The position numbers were made by a program, and so were the translations under genes. Shown in pieces: positions 8,983 to 19,364 of a DNA stretch of 20,000 nt (position 1 is the first letter of the stretch; each line of letters opens with the position of its first letter). Below the pieces are notes generated by a model, which worked only from the letters and a program-made list of their open reading frames with translations, was not told the DNA's origin and did no database searches. The DNA is from Chiloscyllium plagiosum. Its lineage: Eukaryota. The DNA lies in contig NC_057756.1 in the NCBI RefSeq assembly GCF_004010195.1, forward strand, positions 9,045,952-9,065,951, written 5' to 3'.

Positions 8983-10900
8983 TCATAGTAATAGGAGTAG
9001 GCCATTTGGCCCATCGGACCTGCTCCTCCATTCATTAAGATCATGGCTGATCTGTTCTCATCTATCCTGATGAAGAGCTTATGCTTGAATGTTGATTCTC
9101 CTGCTCCTCGGATGCTGTCTGACTGGCTGTGCTTTTCCAGCACCACACTCTTGACTCTGATCTCTCCATCGTCTCAGCTCCTGCTACCTGCATTTTGCCC
9201 GTAACCCTTAATTCCCCTACCATGCAAAAACCCATTCAACTGTGTTTTGAATATATTTAATGAAGCTGCCTCTATTGCTTCCTTGGGCAGGAAGTTCCAC
9301 TGATTCACTACTCTTTGGGAAAAGCAGTTCCTCCTCATCTCTGTCCTAAATCTACTCTCCCTAATCTTGAGGCCATGTCCCCTCATCCTAGTCTCACCCA
9401 CCAGTGAAAACAACCTGCCTGCCTCTATCTTATCTCTCCCTTTCATAATTTTCTGTTTCTAAAAGTACCCTCTCATTCTTCTAAACTTTAGCAAGTACAG
9501 TCCCAGGCAGCTCAACCTCTCCTCAATGGGTAACCCCCTCAACTCCGGAATTAACCTGGTGAAACCTCTCTGCACCGCCTCCAAAGCCAGTATATCCTTC
9601 CTTAAGTAAGGAGACCAGAACTGCACACACAATACTCCAGGTACTGCCTCACTAACTCCTTGTACAGAATGTCCCTGCTCTTAAATTCAATCCTTCTAGC
9701 AATGAAAACCAGTGTGCTGTTTGTCTTCAAATTTCTGCAAATTCACCTGCAAATCAAATTTCTGTGATTTATGTATGAGTACTCCTAAGTCCCTCTGCAC
9801 AACATCATGCTGCAATCTTTTACCATTTAAATAATACTCTGACCTACTATTTGTACTCCCAGAGTGGATAACCTCACATTTACCACCATTGTATTCCATC
9901 TGCCAGACCCTTGCCCACTCACGTAACCTATCTAAATCTCTCTGCAGACCCTCCACATCCTCTGCACAGTTTGCCTTTCCACTCAATTTAGTGTCATCAG
10001 CAAACCTGGATATGGTACACTCGCTTTCCTCTTCCAAGCCATTAAAAATAGGATGAACAGTTGTAGGCCCAACACCAACCTCTGTGGCACCCCACCCACC
10101 ACTGATGTCCAACAGAAAAACACCTATTTACCCCAACTCTCTATTTTCTATTGGTTAACCAATCCTCTCTCCATGCTAGTACATTCCCCACACTTCATGC
10201 ATTCTTATCTTATGGATGACACTTTTATGCGGCACCTTATTGAATGCCTTCTGGAAATCAAGTCTACAACATCTACCTGTTCCCCTCCAATCACCATGCT
10301 TGTTACATCCTCAAGAACTCCAGTAAGTTTGTCAAACACAACCTTCTCTTCTTGAATCCATGCTGCATCTGCCTGATGGAACCCTTTCCATCCAGGTGTC
10401 TCACTATTTCTTCATTAATGTTAGCCTTCAGTATTTTTCCAACTACAGATGTTCAACTGACTGGCCTATAATTACCTGCCTTTTATCTACACCCTTTTTT
10501 AAACAGCGGTGTAACATTCGCTGTCTTCCAGTCTGCTGGGACCTGCCCGGAGACAACTGAATTTTGGTAAATCACCACTAATGCACCTACTATCACTTCC
10601 ACCATTTCTTTCAGCATCCTGGACCAGGGGATCTATCTACCTTTTGACCCACAAGTTTGCTCAACACTACCCCTTTAGTGATAACAATTGAATCGAGGTC
10701 CTCACCTTCCATCGGATCCTTAATATCATTCTTTTGCAAGTTAGATACATCTTCCATTGTTAAGACCGACACAAAATATTCAAGGCCTTGGCCATTTCAG
10801 AATTACACAATGTTAAATCCCCTTTCTCATCCTGCAAGGGACCTACGTCCACTTTAGCCACTCTATTCCATTTTATATATTTATAACACATTTTCCTATC
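8983..10900 (-). mobile_element. CR1 LINE, 5'-truncated (RT to 3' tail)
   Basis: ISRFADDTKLSGKANCAEDVEGLQRDLDRLREWARVWQMEYNGGKCEVIH and TRMRGHGLKIRESRFRTEMRRNCFSQRVVNQWN. GNYRPVS region near 10460-10480; tail at ~8983-9060. The 5' boundary is approximate. Confidence 0.92.
9061..9170 (+). mobile_element. PLE family A terminal-repeat fragment with degenerate hammerhead, nested in the CR1 tail
   Basis: CTGATGA-A-GAGC-TTAT-GCTT-GAATGTT at 9067-9093, followed by the family A body GATGCTGTCTGACTGGCTGTGCTTTTCCAGCACCAC. Confidence 0.75.
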
Positions 10901-10939
10901 TATCTGTTTTCATATTCTGTGCTAACATGCATTCATAAT

Positions 10940-11488
10940 CTTGAATTTTGGGACGATTAAGAACGCAAGGGAGTACACTTTGGATGTAGGACCTGAGGAA
11001 GTACAGAGGAACTCAGGAATGTTGGTGTGAGTGTCCACAAACCTTTGAAGAAAGCCAGAGAGATAAATAGTGGGTTACAAGGCAAATGGATTCTTGCCTT
11101 TATGACTATAACCTTCAAGAGCAGGGAGGTGATGATGAAGACATACAGTATAAATATATTAATTCGGTAATGATTAGCCTACTGTGTGCAGTTCCAGTAT
11201 GTGATTGCACTAGTGGAGCTGTAGAGGAAATTAACCAGGACTTTGCCTGGGCTGGAGTAATTCAGATATGAAGAGAGACTTGATAGGCTGCAGTTATTCT
11301 CCTTAAAGCAAGAAGTCTGGGGGAGGGAGGAATCTGATTCAGGTGTAGGAAGTTCTGATAGGTCTAGACATGATAGATAGGGAGAAACATTTCCCCTTCG
11401 TGGGGAGGAGCGAGTGTTAATAACCAGGGAACGCAGTTTTAAAGTGAGGGGCAGGAGGGTATTTGAGGATTTTTTTTCATGTAGAGGA
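10940..11488 (+). mobile_element. Old CR1 C-terminal relic; its 3' end resumes at ~12737-12890 after the Rex1-type insertion
   Basis: Degenerate GVxVH, YCVQF, YEER, LIQV*EVLIGLD and TRERSFKVRGRR motifs; resumes with IWNSLP*RVVEVD at ~12743. Confidence 0.7.
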
Positions 11489-12735
11489 TTTGATTTAATT
11501 TATAGTCATGTGTACCTCAGTACAGTGAGAAGTTTTGATTACGAGCTGTACAGGCAGATCATAGTGAGCAAGAAGATGGAAATCATAGGGTGAGAGAAAA
11601 GAAAACTTGGACAGAAAAAGGCATGCAGCTTACACCTCACAGGAGGTGTGCGAGGCAGGATCAACCTTAACAAAGATCAGTACTACTTGAAGTTCGAGAG
11701 TCCATTTGTCAGTCTGATAACAGCAGGGAAGAAACTGTCCTTCAACCTGCTGGTGCGCGTGTTCAAGCTTCTGTATCTTCTGCCTGATGAGAAAGGAGAA
11801 CATTACAGGGGTGGGATGGGTCTTTGATGATATGGGCAGTCTTTCCGTGGCAACAAGAGGTATAAATGGAGTCAATGGATGGAAGGTTAGTTTCCGTGAT
11901 GGTCTGGGCTCTGCACATAACCTTCTGAAGTTTCATACAGTCTTGTTCAGAGCAGTTGCCACACCAGGCTGTGATGGAGCTGGACAGTACACTCTCAATG
12001 GGGCATCTGTAGAAGTCAGTGAGGGTCCTTATGGACAGGCCAGATTTCCCGAGGCTGCTAAGAAAGAAGCATTGTCGTGCCTTCTGGACCGTCACATCTA
12101 CATGGAAGGTCCAGGACAGACTGTTAGTTATCGTCACTCTGAGGGACTTAGGGGGAGGCAATGGCCTAGTGGTATCATCGCTAGACTGTTAATGCAGAGA
12201 CCCGGGTAATGTTCTGGGGACCAGGGTTTGAATCCCACCACGGCAGATGGTGGAATTTGAACTCAGTAAAATCTGGAACTAAGAGTCTAATGATGACCAT
12301 GAATCCATTGTTGATTGTTGGGAAAACCCATCTGGTTCACTAATGTCCTTTAGGGAAAGAAACTGCAATCCTTACCTGGTCTGGCCTACATGTGACTCCA
12401 GACACAGCAATGTGGTTAACTGTTAACCTACTCTGGGCAATTAGGGACGGGCAGCAAATGCTGCCCAGCCAGCAACACCCTCATCCCATGAGTGAAAAAA
12501 AGTTGACTCTCGACCTCCACTCCGTTTATGTAGATGTGGGTGTGTTCTCATCCTTTCTTTCTGAAGTCAATGTTCAGTTACTTAGGGGTTTTGCCGATAT
12601 TGAGATAGGGCTCGTTATTATTGCATCACATCAGCAAGCCCTCTATCTCCTGTTTGTATTCTAACTCATCATTGTTTGATATCCGTCCTACCACAGTGGT
12701 GCCATCTGCAAACTTGTAGATGGTGTTTGTTCAGT
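11489..12735 (-). mobile_element. Rex1/Babar-type LINE 3' fragment (interrupted by SINE 12151-12501)
   Basis: IYKFADGTTVVGRISNNDELEY...NIDFRK (12735-12505) and VTITNSLSWTFHV...LTDFYRCPIESVLSSSITAWCG...IIKDPSHP (12150-11770) are typical Rex1 motifs. Confidence 0.82.
12151..12501 (+). mobile_element. tRNA-derived SINE with a LINE-derived (CR1/L2 group) 3' tail
   Basis: A box TGGCCTAGTGG (12162-12172), B box GGTTTGAATCC (12225-12235), and tail GGGCAATTAGGGACGGGCAGCAAATGCTG...CATCCCATGAGTGAAAAAAA. Confidence 0.85.
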
Positions 12736-12890
12736 TGATGGTTATCTGGAACTCCCTGCCTTAAAGAGTGGTTGAGGTAGACACCTTCAAGGCTTAAGAA
12801 CTAATTATAAAAAGATCTGAAGTGTCATTGTATGTAGGGCAAGTGCTGCCAAATGGGTTTGGAATAGATAGATATTTGATGGTGGACAGA

Positions 12891-13721
12891 TTAGGGGCAG
12901 TCAGCATAAATTGTCCAAGGGAAATCATGCCTCATGAACTTGATTGAGTTTTTGAGGACTGATGAGGGCAGAGCAGTGGTCATGAACTATATGGACTTCA
13001 GTAAGGCTTTGAACAATGTTCCTGATGGAAGACTGGTTAGCAAGGTTAGATTACGTGGAATAAAGGGAGAACTAGCCAGTTGGTTAAAGCACTGGCTCAT
13101 GGATAGAAAACAGAAGGTGGTGGTGGAGGATTTCTGTGACTGGAGACCTGTGACCAGTGGAGTGCCACAAAGATTGGTCCCGGGTCCACTGTTTTTTGTC
13201 AGTTATATAAATGATTTGGATATGAACATGCGGTATGTGGTTAGTAAGTTTGTAGATGATACCAAAATTGGAGGTGTAGTGGACAGTGAAGGTTACCTAA
13301 GAGTACAATGGCATCTTGATCAGATGAATCAATGGGCTGAGTGGCAGATGGAGTTTAATTTGGACAAATGTGAGGTGCTGCGTTTTGGAAAGGCAAATCA
13401 GGGCAAGACTTGTACACTTAATGGTAAGGTCCTGGGGAGAGTTGCTGAACCAAGAGACCTTGGAGTTCATAGTTCCTTGAAAGTAGAGTCGCAGGTTGAT
13501 AGGATAGTGAAGAAAGTGTTTGGTAGCTTGCCTTTATTGATCAGTGCATATAGTATAGGAGTTGGGAGTTCATGGTGCGGCTGTTCAAGACATTGGTTAG
13601 GCCACTGTTGGGAGTACTGTGTGCAATTCTGGTATGCTGTGAAACTTGAAAGAGTTCAGAAAAGATTCACAAGGATGTTGCCAAGGTTGGAAGATTTGAG
13701 CTGTAAGGAGAGGTTGTACAG
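12891..13721 (+). mobile_element. CR1 ORF2 RT relic
   Basis: ORF 12934-13746 reads YMDFSKALNNVP...VTSGVPQRLVPGPLFFVSYINDLD...SKFVDDTKIGG...WQMEFNLDKCEVLRFG...YCVQFW...LERVQKRFTRM. Confidence 0.92.
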
Positions 13722-14515
13722 GATGGTACGGTGGCTCAGTGCTTAGCACTGTTGCCTCACAGCACCAGGGATCCAGGTTCAAATGACAACACCCTCAGAG
13801 CCCTCCACTATCACCTGATGAAGGAGCATCGCTCCTAAAGCTAGTGTGCTTCCAATGAAACCTGTTGGACTATAACCTGGTGGTGTGTGATTTTTAACTT
13901 TGTACCTTGAAGACATTCTCTTCCTCTCTCTACAAGAATCTCAGTGAGTCTCTCTCTCTCTCACTCACTCACTGCAACCCCCAGGTCATCTCCTTTGCTC
14001 CGAAGTTCTTCAACATGTACTGACCAGCTCAGCACCAGGAGTTGGGAGTTCATGTGCGGCTGTTCAAGACATTGGTTAGGCCACTGTTGGGAGTACTGTG
14101 TGCAATTCTGGTATGCTGTGAAACTTGAAAGAGTTCAGAAAAGATTCACAAGGATGTTGCCAAGACTGGAAGATTTGAGGTGTAGGGAGAGGTTGTACAG
14201 GATGGTACGGTGGCTCAGTGCTTAGCACTGTTGCCTCACAGCACCAGGGATCCAGGTTCAAATGACAACACCCTCAGAGCCCTCCATTATCACCTGATGA
14301 AGGAGCATCGCTCCTAAAGCTAGTGTGCTTCCAATGAAACCTGTTGGACTATAACCTGGTGGTGTGTGATTTTTAACTTTGTACCTTGAAGACATTCTCT
14401 TCCTCTCTCTACAAGAATCTCAGTGAGTCTCTCTCTCTCTCACTCACTCACTGCAACCCCCAGGTCATCTCCTTTGCTCCGAAGTTCTTCAACATGTACT
14501 GACCAGCTCAGCACC
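13557..14515 (+). repeat. Recent tandem duplication, 2 x ~480 bp, of a CR1 + SINE head + PLE chimera
   Basis: 13557-14036 and 14037-14515 are nearly identical, with only a handful of differences. Confidence 0.95.
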
Positions 14516-14750
14516 ACCCTCACTACCTGTCGGACCTGCCAATCTTCCTTCCCACATTTCCGCTCCACCCTCCTCTCCGACCTATCACCTTTACCCCACC
14601 TCCAGTCACCTATTGCACTCTTTGCTACCTTCTCCCCCCCCCCCCCCCCCCCCCTGCCTCATTCCCGATGAAGGGCATTTGCCCGAAACGTCGATTTTCC
14701 TGCTTCTCGGATGCTGCCTGACCTGCTGTGCTTTTCCAGCACCACTGTGA
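14516..14750 (+). mobile_element. PLE family A terminal repeat with pyrimidine-rich leader, poly-C tract and hammerhead variant
   Basis: ATTC-CCGATGA-A-GGGC-ATTT-GCCC-GAAAC-GTC-GATT at 14661-14696, then the family A body. Confidence 0.75.
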
Positions 14751-15202
14751 TCTTTGCTCTAAGACTGGTGACTCCGAACATGTTCTGGGTCAGTGATGAA
14801 TATTTACTGTTTGAGGAAATGAAGGGAGTCAGAATGGTGGGGGGGCGGGGGGGTGATCGGTTCTTTTCACCTTCGGACCGGGTTTTGTCTATTTCAGTAA
14901 ATGCCGCGTTCGGCTGGATTCAGACTTGGCCTGTTCAGTCAGCGACTGCGTAGTCCCGTTTGAACAGCGGGTTTAATTTAACAATAATCGGGTTATTTTA
15001 AACACTGTAGGGGATCCTGTGAGGTATGGAAAAAGTAAACACCCAAAAATTCCTTGCAACAAAATCCTTATTTATCTAAACGAAAAACTTCAAGCTAAAA
15101 AGGAATCTTATTTAAATTTGTAAACGATATTTCTGTTTCATGTTTTAAGAAATGACGCTAAGTAATTTATTTATCCGCGCACTTTGAACGGAATACCAAA
15201 TA

Positions 15203-15300
15203 ATTTTACTGCTCCTCGGATGCTGCCTGAATTGCTGTGCTCTTCCAGCACCACTAATCCCGAACCTGGTTTCCAGCATCTGCAGTCATTGTTTTTAACC
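15203..15300 (+). mobile_element. PLE family A 3' fragment without hammerhead
   Basis: Near-identical to 6691-6788. Confidence 0.8.
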
Positions 15301-15510
15301 TACCAATTGATTGCCGAATGTGTATTTGATTTTGGAAGAGTCCAAGGCAGTAGTAAACAGGCGGGTGGCGCTGGGTTCTCTGATTTTTTTTTGGTAACAG
15401 GAAATGTAAAACTGATGGCGCTAGTTTCAGCTGTAGATAGAAAATGGAGGTGGTGGATTGGGGGATTGTGCTTTACAAAGCAAATATATTTAATATAGAA
15501 TATAAAATAT

Positions 15511-15606
15511 CAAACAACCAGCTGATGAAGAAGCAGCGCTCCGAGAGATAGTGTTTCCAAATAAACCTGTTGGACTATAGCCTGATGTTATGTAATTTTT
15601 AACTTG
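15511..15606 (+). mobile_element. PLE family B terminal-repeat fragment with degenerate hammerhead
   Basis: CTGATGA-A-GAAGC-AGC-GCTCC-GAGAGATA-GTG starting at 15522, then AAATAAACCTGTTGGACTATAGCCTG as in 13815-13900. Confidence 0.75.
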
Positions 15607-15760
15607 ACAAAATATAGCTTTAACTGAAAACTCTATGTCAATCCGAAATAGAGATTATAACTGTCAAACACTCACTATTTGGACAATCTGATGTGTTTAA
15701 GCCTGTATTTGTACAGTGTCTCCTATATTTTAAATGCCTGAAATTTAATAAGATAGGGAG

Positions 15761-15893
15761 CCCTTCATTCCGGATGAAGGGCTTTTGCCCGAAACGTCGA
15801 TTTTCCTGCACCTCTGATGCTGCCTGAACTGCTGTGCTTTTCCCGCACCACTCCAATCTAGAATCTGACCTCTAGCATCTGCAGTGCTCACTT
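15761..15893 (+). mobile_element. PLE family A fragment with hammerhead variant
   Basis: ATTC-CGGATGA-A-GGGC-TTTT-GCCC-GAAAC-GTC-GATT at 15767-15802, then the family A body and CTAGCATCTGCAGT end. Confidence 0.78.
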
Positions 15894-16139
15894 ATGCCTA
15901 GCGTACATCTATATAACGTACATCTGTACACCATTACAAGTTTCACTGACGAATCGTGCCCTAATGGAGTCTGTAAACATTGGTTCCGCTTTGTTAAAGT
16001 CAGTTCTTTGGGTCGGTCTGAATTTAAACTCGAAGTCGGTAAGGTATTGAGAGAACTCACATTGGCGAATGTAGTGGGAAGGGGATATTTAAATGGAGTT
16101 TATCCAGGCGGCACATCATAACAGGTTCAGGTCTCGCTG

Positions 16140-16720
16140 CATTGACCACACTCCGTGGACTGGACGGGAATGAATTCCGAGCGGAATGTGAGGCTGAGAT
16201 TGTCCGACCCGAGTGATTATGTTACCGTTTAGATCTGAACCTGTATTTGGAAGACGCCAAGAATGATCTTTTTGATTATATAACGTACAAAGAAGGAAAT
16301 GGGCTGATTTTAAGCTGAAAGATTTAATTGGAGTGGTATTTGGAAACTATCACTGAGCTGGATGTATCTGAAGAATTCGGTGAGAGACCCTCTCCCCGGG
16401 ATCCCCTGTCTGTGCTTTATCTATAAATATTTCCCTTAATTGGAATCTGTTTGTATGAGCACGGCAAGATTTTTGGCAAGACCTGATCATTGGTCAGGAC
16501 GAATCTGCTGTCCGTTCTGATGCTGTTTTTGTCCAGACTGATTGTGAGAATTGACAGGTTGAGATTTTACCTGAATGAGTCTACTTCAGTGTAGAAAGCT
16601 GAGATTTTCAGAAGTGGATTCTGATTGTGATCTGAACATTTTTACTTTATTCAGTTGAGAGTGGGAAGCAAGCTAAAGAGATACCCAATGATTTATGTGA
16701 AAATTTGAATTCTCCAATTA
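16140..16720 (+). repeat. Diverged duplicate segment, copy 2 (paralogue of ~8400-8960), with exon-like splice signals
   Basis: Same collinear blocks as copy 1. Candidate acceptors end at 16232 and 16536; candidate donors start at 16039 and 16380. Confidence 0.7.
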
Positions 16721-16989
16721 AGCAATTTTACTCTTTTATACTCTCCATATTCCAGAGTCAATATTAACCGTTCCGTTCCGAAAAGAGAAATTTAGTGAGT
16801 GTATGGTTGAATTTAACTAACTTTTGGTGGGAAATGAACAATGGACAACTAAACAGTAAAATGTTCAATTTTATTTCAGAATTCCATTCAGCTGAACATT
16901 GTTTTAGACTGGCAGGAATGGTCAGATTATTCCCATTTATATCCTGTGCAAGGATTTATCAAATCCTAATCCAATATTTTGAATTGGAG

Positions 16990-17660
16990 CTGTCGATGTT
17001 GAATTGGGGTGGACAAGATTAAAAATTACACAACACCATAGATGGTTACATCTATAACCATAGGTTATAGCTGTAACAGGGTTATTTGGAAGCATTAGCT
17101 TTCCAGCTGCTGCCTCTTCATCATGGTTATGGAACATGACCATGCGACACAGAATCTATAGCAAAGGCGTGACAATGCCATGGAGTTGCAATGATATATT
17201 AATCTACATTAATTTTTTAAAAACCCACAACATCAGGTATTAATTCTTAAACAAATTTGGATTAAGTCTGTCGTCTTTTAGAATGGGATATGGTGGTTTG
17301 GGTTCTTCAGTATGCAAATCTCAGGACTCCTTCTAATTTATATTCTCCAGGTGGCATCAATTTATCTAACAATGTGTAATTTCAGCTCAGACTATGTGTG
17401 AAGGGAAAGACTTAACCAATGTTGAGTCAGTTCTATTTCTAAAGTGGGGCTGACAGAATCTTCCATGGATTTCTGCAGGTTTTGAGCAAAATAATTCTGC
17501 AAATACAAATTCACCCAATAAACGTCTGTGTGTGTGGATGCAATTCAGAGACACTGGGAGCGTAAATCCATGTAAGATTCTGTCAACCCCACTTTATAAA
17601 TAGAACTGACTCAACATTGGTACAGTTTTTAGCTTCACACGTGGAATGCACTGTCTGAGT
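16990..17660 (-). mobile_element. PLE family B relic with an inverted terminal segment
   Basis: 16990-17130 is the reverse complement of the family B repeat (degenerate hammerhead ATGATGA...GAAAGCTA on the minus strand). A 58-bp inverted repeat lies at 17415-17472 / 17564-17621. Assigning 17130-17660 to the same element is inference. Confidence 0.6.
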
Positions 17661-18876
17661 GTACTCATTTACAAACATTTATTTTGAATTCTGTTCATCA
17701 AAATATTTCAATTGCAACAAATTTCATTGAATGAAACTTTGCTTTGGAAATTTGGAAAATAAGCAGGTGTTGGTAGGTCATTGAGCTCATCAGTTCACGG
17801 TCCAACTGGATTTCCATTTAAACCTGTCGCTACTTAGGTATTTCTTCATGAACATCCCTCAGAGCAGATATATTGGGAGCGTTAGAGGGTTTCAACAATG
17901 GGGTTTTTTAAAGCAAATGATTAACATGTGTAACTTATTTTAAAAAATGGAACAAGGTAATAAATAAAGGGATAGTCACAGGAATACTTTTAATGTGGAT
18001 TTAGTTTGGTTTTGGAAGGTTTGACGGCTGCTGTCATTCTGGCAGTGGGCCTGACCCTTTAGTTAGTTGAATGAAAGTTTCAAGCCCAGTGTACAGATTG
18101 GGTTGGTGCCAACAGCCTCTCTGAGTCATTCCAACCCCGATTACACATCTCTGGGGGATAGTGCGCAGTTAATTGATGTTTGCAACGCTTGGGACCAGAG
18201 TACTCAGGTTTGCAAGAATAATAGCCAGACTTCAAGGTAAAGTTATAAAGAGAGATTGCACATAAATTATACCTAGAATTTGGAAGGTCAATAAGAGGTG
18301 ACAGAGAGTCATAGAGATGTATAGCATGGAAACAGACCCTTTGGTCCAACTCGTCCACACTGACCAGCTATCCTAACCTAATCTAGTTCCATTTGCCAGC
18401 ACTTGGCTCATATCCCTCAAAACCCTTCCTATTCATATAACCATCCAAGTGCCTTTTAAATGCTGTAATTGTACCAGCCTCCACCACTTCCTCTGGCAGC
18501 TCATTCCATACACGTACCACCCTCTATGTGAAAAAGTTGCCCCTTAAGCCCCTTTTATATATTTCCCCTCTCACCCTAAACATATGCCCTCTAGTTCTGG
18601 ACTCATCCACCTCGGGGAAAAGACCTTGTCTATTTATCCTGTCCATACCCCTCATGATTTTATAAACCTCTAAGGTTACCCCTCAGCCTCCAACGCTCCA
18701 GGGAAAACAGCCCGAGCCTATTCAACCTCTCCCTATAGCTCAAATCCTCCAACCCTGGCAACATCCTTGTAAATCTTTTCTCATCCTATCTACCCTCGAC
18801 TCCACTTTCAAGGAGCTATGAACCTGCACTCCAAGGTCTTTATTTAGCAACACTCCCTAGGACTTTACTATTAAGT

Positions 18877-19095
18877 AGGTAAAAACAATGACTGCAGATG
18901 CTGGAAACCAGATTCTGGATTAATGGTGCTGGAAAAACACAGCAGTTCAGGTGGCATCCGAGGAGCAGTAAAATCGACGTTTTGGGAAAAACACTTCATG
19001 GTTCCTGATGAAGGGCTTTTGCCCGAAACGTCGATTTTCCTGCTCCTCAGATGCTGCCTGAACTGCTGTGCTTTTCCAACACCACTCTTATCATC
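18877..19095. mobile_element. Fold-back PLE family A insertion with back-to-back hammerhead motifs
   Basis: Inverted arms ~18921-18999 / ~19008-19085. TSD-like TACTATTAAGT (18866-18876) / TACCATTCAGT (19096-19106) duplicates host CR1 sequence. Confidence 0.8.
19001..19036 (+). ncRNA. Minimal type-I hammerhead ribozyme motif, intact core
   Basis: CUGAUGA (19005-19011), extra A, stem II GGGC-UUUU-GCCC, GAAAC (19025-19029) and GUC cleavage triplet (19030-19032). Palindromic ACGU stem III; short imperfect stem I GUUC/GAUU. Confidence 0.75.
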
Positions 19096-19364
19096 TACCA
19101 TTCAGTGTATAAGTCCTGCCCTGATTTGCCTTTCCAAAATGCAGCTCCTCACATTCTGTGGTTGGAAATGCAGTATAAATGCAAGTCTTTTTCCTTTCTC
19201 AAGACTGTACCATTGAGGAAGCAATATTCTGTCAAATGTTGTTGTTGAATTTTTAAAATTAAACCCCTTAAAAATATTTTTTATATCTAATATTTATGCA
19301 CTTTAATCAAAGTGCAATTTTTCAATAGTCATTATAAATAATTTTTGAATTTGAAATTATTTTC

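Larger units (their letters stand above)
18305..19150 (-). mobile_element. CR1 3' fragment (interrupted by 18877-19095)
   Basis: Closely similar to 2021-2376 over the tail; continues into RFTRMLPGLEDLSYRERL and DLGVQVHSSLKVES motifs on the minus strand. Confidence 0.9.

Noticed and set aside
12934..13746. Active reverse transcriptase CDS
   Set aside because: Degenerate motifs (FVDD, PQRL), small deletions, frame drift and fusion to a SINE head; a relic.
18067..18300. Candidate coding exon (LNESFKPSVQIG...)
   Set aside because: Weak acceptor and no recognisable protein; the 3' part reads as degenerate CR1 (RFARII...YKERLH...RGD).
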